Assembly: GCA_046314355.1 (NCBI GenBank)
Contig: JBKBWQ010000001.1
Span: forward strand, 416,001 to 480,000
DNA from: Candidatus Altimarinota bacterium
GTDB lineage: Bacteria; Patescibacteriota; Gracilibacteria; 1-14-2-50-48-13
Direction: 5' to 3'
Length of the DNA: 64,000 nucleotides
The notes beneath the pieces were generated by a model. That model ran no database searches. It was given only the letters and a program-made list of their open reading frames with translations, and was not told the DNA's origin. The position numbers and the translations under genes are program-made. Below are positions 61,469-64,000 of the stretch, one piece after another. The stretch's first letter is position 1. Each line of letters begins with the position of its first letter.

Positions 61469-61583
61469 GAAGGTAATGAATCACTTCAATTTGTCCTCTT
61501 ATCATTCGTCCGTCGGGATACATATGCCATATTACTTGGCCCCACGGCAATGGTAGGACAGAAGAGATTCTTACCTTCTTTTT
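61469..61583 (+). ncRNA. Candidate ~115-nt rod-shaped ncRNA of unknown class
   Basis: Nested stems join the 5' and 3' ends; ends in U5; own promoter. Confidence 0.65.
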
Positions 61584-61594
61584 AATATGTCACT

Positions 61595-62194
61595 TTATAT
61601 CTTTCCGCTGAAAAAAGCAACGATTCGCTCAAAGAACTCATTGTGCTTTTTCTGCATACTTTTCAGTGAAGGTTCAAAAACAATAAGCGCAAGTGGGATA
61701 AGTATAACTGTAGTAAAACCTCCAAGAATAAGGAGTAAATCTCTCAGCCCAATTTGAAGGTTTACAAATTGCGTAATAATCGCAACTACAAGGGATATGA
61801 TAATTCCTACAATTAACCCGTAGACGAAGATTCCAGAAAGAACGTTCACAGATTCCTCTTCATCTTCTTCTTCCTTTCTCTCGCAATTCATAATATCAGC
61901 AAGCAAATCTGAAGAGACTACCACATATGAATTAGTCCTTTCATCAGGCTTAAGAGATTTAATTTGACCTATAAGATGATCCAGTTCATGAGTCTGCACC
62001 ATACTGACAAATTTAGTAAAATCTACACTCACTCGTGAAGCGATTGAAGCAATTTTTACGTCAGATTCTTTTAAAAGTCCCTGGAAAACCTCTCTAGGAT
62101 CTTTATCAATTAAATCTTGAAGTATCTCTTTAGTTTGCTGCTTTGTCCGATGCTGAGGTTGTGCATCATTTCGAAGATTGAGTTCGTCTGCCAT
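61595..62194 (-). CDS. Two-TM membrane protein
   Basis: Cytoplasmic N-domain, acidic patch, two hydrophobic helices. Confidence 0.7.
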   Translation of the reverse strand: MADELNLRNDAQPQHRTKQQTKEILQDLIDKDPREVFQGLLKESDVKIASIASRVSVDFTKFVSMVQTHELDHLIGQIKSLKPDERTNSYVVVSSDLLADIMNCERKEEEDEEESVNVLSGIFVYGLIVGIIISLVVAIITQFVNLQIGLRDLLLILGGFTTVILIPLALIVFEPSLKSMQKKHNEFFERIVAFFSGKI

Positions 62195-62324
62195 ATGAGG
62201 AAAGTACATTAAAAACACTGGAATAAGTTGAGACTAGACTACACTAAATCCCTCTCGAAGTGGATAGGATATGGAAGGATGCGCTTGACGAATGAAGGGA
62301 GTGACGGGACGTGATAAGGGGGAA

Positions 62325-62463
62325 GAAAGTAAATGAGTAAGAGAGTAATTAAGTAACTGGGCTCACATCATTGGACTCCTATCATTGGGCTGCAATTATT
62401 GAGCTCAATTATTAGAGCCCAATGATTGTGCCCCAATTACTTATTTCCTTAATTACCGAGCCC
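62325..62463. repeat. Family B element with ~14-bp unit array (copy 2)
   Basis: ctgggctcacatca/ttggactcctatca/ttgggctgcaatta/ttgagctcaatta/ttagagcccaatga/ttgtgccccaatta. Confidence 0.9.
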
Positions 62464-62468
62464 TTCTC

Positions 62469-62496
62469 TTGACATTCGCACGCTTTTTTTTATACT
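62469..62496 (+). promoter_or_regulatory. rpsT promoter
   Basis: TTGACA-16 nt-TATACT. Confidence 0.75.
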
Positions 62497-62539
62497 GTAT
62501 TGCGATTCCCCTCAATTTTATACGTCTTTTAAAAGAATT

Positions 62540-62830
62540 ATGCCTATTACATCGTCTGCCATTAAGAGTTTGAGAAAGAGCCGAAAAAATGAAATTAGAA
62601 ATACTGGATTTAAGAAGAAAATGAAAGATGCAATCAAAGCTCTTCAGAAGATGGTAAGCGGCGGAGAAGCCAAGACAGCGGACATTCAGAAGTCTGTATC
62701 TGGTACAGTATCTCTTATTGACCGAGCAGTAAAGAAAAACCTTATCCACAAGAATAAGGCAGGACGAAAGAAATCTCAGATTGCAAAACTTACATCTGAA
62801 AAGAAGGAGACAAAGAAAGCAAGTAAGTAA
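62540..62830 (+). CDS. rpsT: 30S ribosomal protein bS20
   Basis: MPITSSAIKSLR..N...IDRAVKKNLIHKNKAGRKKS. Confidence 0.96.
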   Translation: MPITSSAIKSLRKSRKNEIRNTGFKKKMKDAIKALQKMVSGGEAKTADIQKSVSGTVSLIDRAVKKNLIHKNKAGRKKSQIAKLTSEKKETKKASK

Positions 62831-62852
62831 AAGAAGAAACGAGATTGTGATT

Positions 62853-62880
62853 AAAAAATCCGGGTAAACCCGGATTTTTT
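62853..62880. terminator. Bidirectional terminator
   Basis: aaaaaatccggg-taaa-cccggattttt. Confidence 0.88.
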
Positions 62881-63000
62881 AGAGTAAGAAAGTAATTGGG
62901 CTGACATTATTGGACTCCTATCATTAGGCTGCAATTATTGAGCTCAATTACTGAATTATGCGTACCCAATTATTGTGCCCAATTATCGAGCCTCCTTACT
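62881..63000. repeat. Family B element with ~14-bp unit array (copy 3)
   Basis: ttgggctgacatta/ttggactcctatca/ttaggctgcaatta/ttgagctcaatta/../tgcgtacccaatta/ttgtgcccaatta. Confidence 0.9.
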
Positions 63001-64000
63001 TCACCGACACACTCTTCTTCGTCATCTGCACATTTCCATTCTTATCCTGTACTCTTAACGTCACATCATAGTTACCTGCTTTGTTGTATCTATGGACAGG
63101 TTTCACTTCATTTGCAGCAGTTCCATCTCCAAAGTCCCATCTGTAGCTAATAATCTTTCCTTTAGAAAGTGATCCGTCAAAGGTCATGGTTACTGGTGCC
63201 TGACCTGATTCAGGTGAGACTGTAAAGATAGGAAGAAGCTGTTCTTCAAGTACAGATATAGCCTGGGTTGTTTCTGTCTTTGTACCATCAGTGGTTCTCA
63301 CAGTAAGTTTTACAATGTAGTTTCCTGGTGACTGAAATTCATGAGTGATCTGAGCACCTGTAATTTGAGGTGCCGTTCCATCACCAAAGTCCCAAACATA
63401 GGATCCAATACTTCCCTTGGAATAGCTTGACCCTGATGCGTCAAAAGCAACTGCAAGAGGTGCTTCTCCAGCAAGAGGATCTGCATTGATGATAGCGGTA
63501 AGATCTTCAGCATTTACCTCAACATTCATTGTTGCCTCTGAGCTATTGCCAGCACTATCTGTAACCTGCAGTGTAAGTATAAAATTACCTGGTGTCTTAT
63601 AAATGAAACTTGCATCTTTACCTGTTTTATCAAACTTCTTATCTCCATCAAAATCCCACTTCCAGTCTACAATATCATTTTCAGGATCAGTAGAAAACGA
63701 TCCATCAAGAGTAAGGGAAAGAGGTATATTACCACGTATGACACTTGTCGAGTCAGAATCTAATGCACGAGGAAGGCTATCTGATTTTACCCGTATACGT
63801 GCAGTCGGAGCGCCCTTAGCAGTTTCAATTGAGATGAGCTGAGTAGTATCTGCAGTGGTACCTAGGTCAGTTTTAATACTAAGTTTTACGGTATATTTCC
63901 CTGCTTTTCTATAAATATGATCTGCATTCACTCCTGTGGATGTCGCTGAACCATCACCAAAATCCCACGTATATTCTACAATTCGTCCCTGAGGTGTAGT
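62996..64000 (-). CDS. Multi-PKD-domain surface protein, C-terminal part (starts beyond window)
   Basis: Repeated WDFGDG / H.Y..AG.Y.V.L PKD motifs; the frame stays open to the window edge. Confidence 0.92.
   Translation of the reverse strand, partial: TTPQGRIVEYTWDFGDGSATSTGVNADHIYRKAGKYTVKLSIKTDLGTTADTTQLISIETAKGAPTARIRVKSDSLPRALDSDSTSVIRGNIPLSLTLDGSFSTDPENDIVDWKWDFDGDKKFDKTGKDASFIYKTPGNFILTLQVTDSAGNSSEATMNVEVNAEDLTAIINADPLAGEAPLAVAFDASGSSYSKGSIGSYVWDFGDGTAPQITGAQITHEFQSPGNYIVKLTVRTTDGTKTETTQAISVLEEQLLPIFTVSPESGQAPVTMTFDGSLSKGKIISYRWDFGDGTAANEVKPVHRYNKAGNYDVTLRVQDKNGNVQMTKKSVSVK

Noticed and set aside
61469-61583. SRP RNA or tRNA
   Set aside because: No GNRA-capped SRP domain IV motif on either strand, and no cloverleaf or TTC T-loop.
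59943-62990. 14-bp arrays as CRISPR
   Set aside because: Period is 13-14 bp, there are no 25-40-bp repeats or unique spacers, cores are shared between loci, and no cas genes are in the window.

Overview
AT-rich bacterial chromosomal window. It is most consistent with a Patescibacteria/CPR genome (Peregrinibacteria-like): several SLH and PKD surface proteins, a DUF5663-like protein, TrmB-type regulator, bifunctional PGI/PMI, Elp3, PilB and very large orphan helical proteins. Long ORFs are intact under code 11, which argues against code-25 lineages. The taxonomy is inference. Housekeeping genes include alaS (partial), hisS, murE, ligA, rpsU, trpS, trxB, nrdR, murA and rpsT. No rRNA, tRNA, CRISPR, transposase or integrase was recognised. 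The unusual signal is mostly intergenic. (1) A four-helix-bundle (IVP/Avd-like) gene is enclosed by inverted 6-bp-period repeats, and gene-less copies of the same palindrome occur elsewhere. (2) A second, 8-bp-period palindromic family is present; three copies carry an ordered array of ~14-bp units. (3) A promoter-driven ~115-nt rod-like ncRNA candidate lies at 61469-61583, with other structured RNA candidates elsewhere. (4) A duplicated [small helical protein + KY..KY..PE-leader protein] operon ends in a 1322-aa protein. (5) rpsU has a perfect extended Shine-Dalgarno while the other housekeeping leaders checked have none. (6) Three micro-ORFs are not called as separate ORFs in the supplied track. 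All family assignments come from motif recognition by eye; no searches were run.
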